This document shows positions 62,604 through 64,000 of a stretch of 64,000 nt of DNA, piece by piece; position 1 is the first letter of the stretch; each line of letters starts with the position of its first letter. The notes under the pieces were generated by a model. It was not told the origin of the DNA and made no database searches. It saw only the letters and a program-made list of their open reading frames with translations. The translations under genes were made by a program, and so were the position numbers. This stretch comes from Verrucomicrobiota bacterium (GTDB lineage: Bacteria > Verrucomicrobiota > Lentisphaeria > Lentisphaerales > Lentisphaeraceae). The stretch is from contig JBDKFG010000070.1 in NCBI GenBank assembly GCA_039798785.1, positions 1 to 64,000 on the forward strand. Reading direction: 5' to 3'.

Positions 62604-63095
62604 CCTTCCGCCGTGGCCGACGGTGGCGTGGCAGCGGATGCAATTGACTTCATCGGTTTTGCCGAGCTTGGCGTGACCGGCGATAGCATCAGTGAGCTTG
62701 CCGTGGCAGCGCAGACAATTGTCCTGGATTTCCCGGCGGGATTCAGGATGTACCTGAATCGGGTCGTGGTAGTCACCGGTGGTGAAGGCTTTGGAGTGCC
62801 TCCAGCCATGCTTGGCCTTCGCCAGATATTTGCCGAGCAAATCATGGGGGACATGGCAGTCGTTGCAACTGGCAACGGCGTGATGCGAGCTTTTCTGCCA
62901 AGAGTCGTAGTTGTCATTCATCACGTGGCAATTGACGCAAGCCTTGGGGTCATTGCTCAGATAGCTAAGCCCTCGAGCGTCTGCGAAAGTGTAGGCGCCC
63001 ATACCTAGGACCATGCTCAAGACAAGAAAGAGCATCACCGCAGGACGACGGAAAAACCGCGTCTTCGGCGTTGCTGGCGCTAGATTCGTGTCCAT
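62601..63095 (-). CDS. nrfH: Cytochrome c nitrite reductase small subunit (tetraheme, NapC/NirT family)
   Basis: TM anchor; SYLSNDPKACVNCHVM, CNDCH, CLRCH, CIRCH..VGH. Confidence 0.95.
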   Translation of the reverse strand: MDTNLAPATPKTRFFRRPAVMLFLVLSMVLGMGAYTFADARGLSYLSNDPKACVNCHVMNDNYDSWQKSSHHAVASCNDCHVPHDLLGKYLAKAKHGWRHSKAFTTGDYHDPIQVHPESRREIQDNCLRCHGKLTDAIAGHAKLGKTDEVNCIRCHATVGHGGR

Positions 63096-63350
63096 TGGCT
63101 GAGTCTCCGGTGTTTCTGAATGTGGATTCCAAGAGACAACTTTAGCAGTCAGAACATCAGAGGCCTTGGAATTAAGCTTCTTATACTTGCTTTATAAAGA
63201 TTTAAAAAAATATAGAAACCCGGATGCATCCGAAATCGTCCAGTCCGGACGCGCTTCATGAGCTACAGAGCTTCAGTGAAGAGGTGAAGAGGGTGGAGAG
63301 CGGCCAGAACCGCGCTAAGATGGCCCATCCACAAAGAGGAGAAGTGATCC

Positions 63351-64000
63351 ATGTCTTCGATTTCCCTGCAACCCGGCGATAGCGTCGCCTTCATCGGCAT
63401 CGGCGTCATGGGGCGCTCGATGGCTGGTCATTTGATCAAAGCCGGTTTCAAGGTCCGCATCCACACTCGCACCGCCAGCAAAGCTGCGGACTTGCTGGCC
63501 CAAGGCGCGATCTGGTGCGAATCGGCGACTGAGGCGGTCCGCGGCGTCAAGGCTGTCATCACCATGCTCGGCTATCCCGACGAAGTCCGAGCCGTCCTGC
63601 TCGGCCAGGCTGGCTTGATTGCCACTTGTGCCGCGCCCTGTCTGATCATCGACATGAGCACCTCCGAACCCAGCCTCGCGATCGAGATTGCGGCGGACGC
63701 AAAAGCCCGCGGCCTCAGCGCCCTCGACGCACCGGTTTCCGGCGGCGATCTCGGCGCCCGAAACGCCGCCTTGTCGATCATGGTCGGTGGCGAAGCCGAA
63801 GCCTTCGACGCCGCCCGTCCGCTTTTCGCCGCGATGGGAAAAACCATCGTCCATCAAGGTCCAGCCGGCGCCGGCCAACACACCAAGATGTCGAACCAGA
63901 TCGCCATAGCCGGCAATATGCTCGGTGTGATGGAGGCCCTCCTCTACGCCCGCCGTTGCGGCCTCGATCCGGAGCAAGTTCTGGCCAGCATCGGCAGTGG
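63351..64000 (+). CDS. 3-hydroxyisobutyrate/2-hydroxy-3-oxopropionate dehydrogenase-family protein (runs off the window end)
   Basis: Not in the ORF track; read manually: MSSISLQPGDSVAFIGIGVMG.., DAPVSGGD.GA, GAGQHTKMSNQ. Confidence 0.9.
   Translation, partial: MSSISLQPGDSVAFIGIGVMGRSMAGHLIKAGFKVRIHTRTASKAADLLAQGAIWCESATEAVRGVKAVITMLGYPDEVRAVLLGQAGLIATCAAPCLIIDMSTSEPSLAIEIAADAKARGLSALDAPVSGGDLGARNAALSIMVGGEAEAFDAARPLFAAMGKTIVHQGPAGAGQHTKMSNQIAIAGNMLGVMEALLYARRCGLDPEQVLASIGS

Noticed and set aside
63096..63350. FNR-like box or sigma-54 promoter upstream of nrfH
   Set aside because: AT-rich, but I found no convincing TTGAT-N4-ATCAA or TGGCAC-N5-TTGC match.

Overview
GC-rich bacterial chromosomal segment, most likely PVC superphylum (Lentisphaerota-like). 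This call is inferred from two prepilin-type H-X-DG proteins, two DUF6288-like proteins, a DUF1592/PSD cytochrome protein, a sulfatase and Zn-ribbon Ser/Thr kinases. Housekeeping genes: lnt, trxA, DJ-1/YajL, serA, rpoN, mnmE, sdhCAB, a stand-alone pheT, RecQ-family helicase, RsmI-like and RlmD-like methyltransferases, orn. Also present are a XylR-regulated sugar uptake/glycosidase cluster, a heavy-metal P1B ATPase and nrfHA, whose NrfA has CXXCH rather than CXXCK at heme 1. Main accessory signals: (1) a RAYT transposase with six REP copies, one inside its own ORF in frame; (2) a cassette-like variable zone between mnmE and sdhB with an LRR gene bracketed by twin hairpins, a 73-bp quasi-palindrome built of 10-bp units, two genes sharing a 17-nt start, and a stand-alone EF-Tu domain II-like protein; (3) a TTAA-bounded mini-element present twice; (4) heptamer tandem repeats at stop codons; (5) an unannotated tandem paralogue pair behind an LRV/HEAT-repeat gene; (6) apparently dead signalling enzymes (a pseudokinase and an FHA-GAF pseudo-enhancer-binding protein). 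No tRNA, rRNA or CRISPR array was seen. All family calls come from motif recognition by eye, not from searches.
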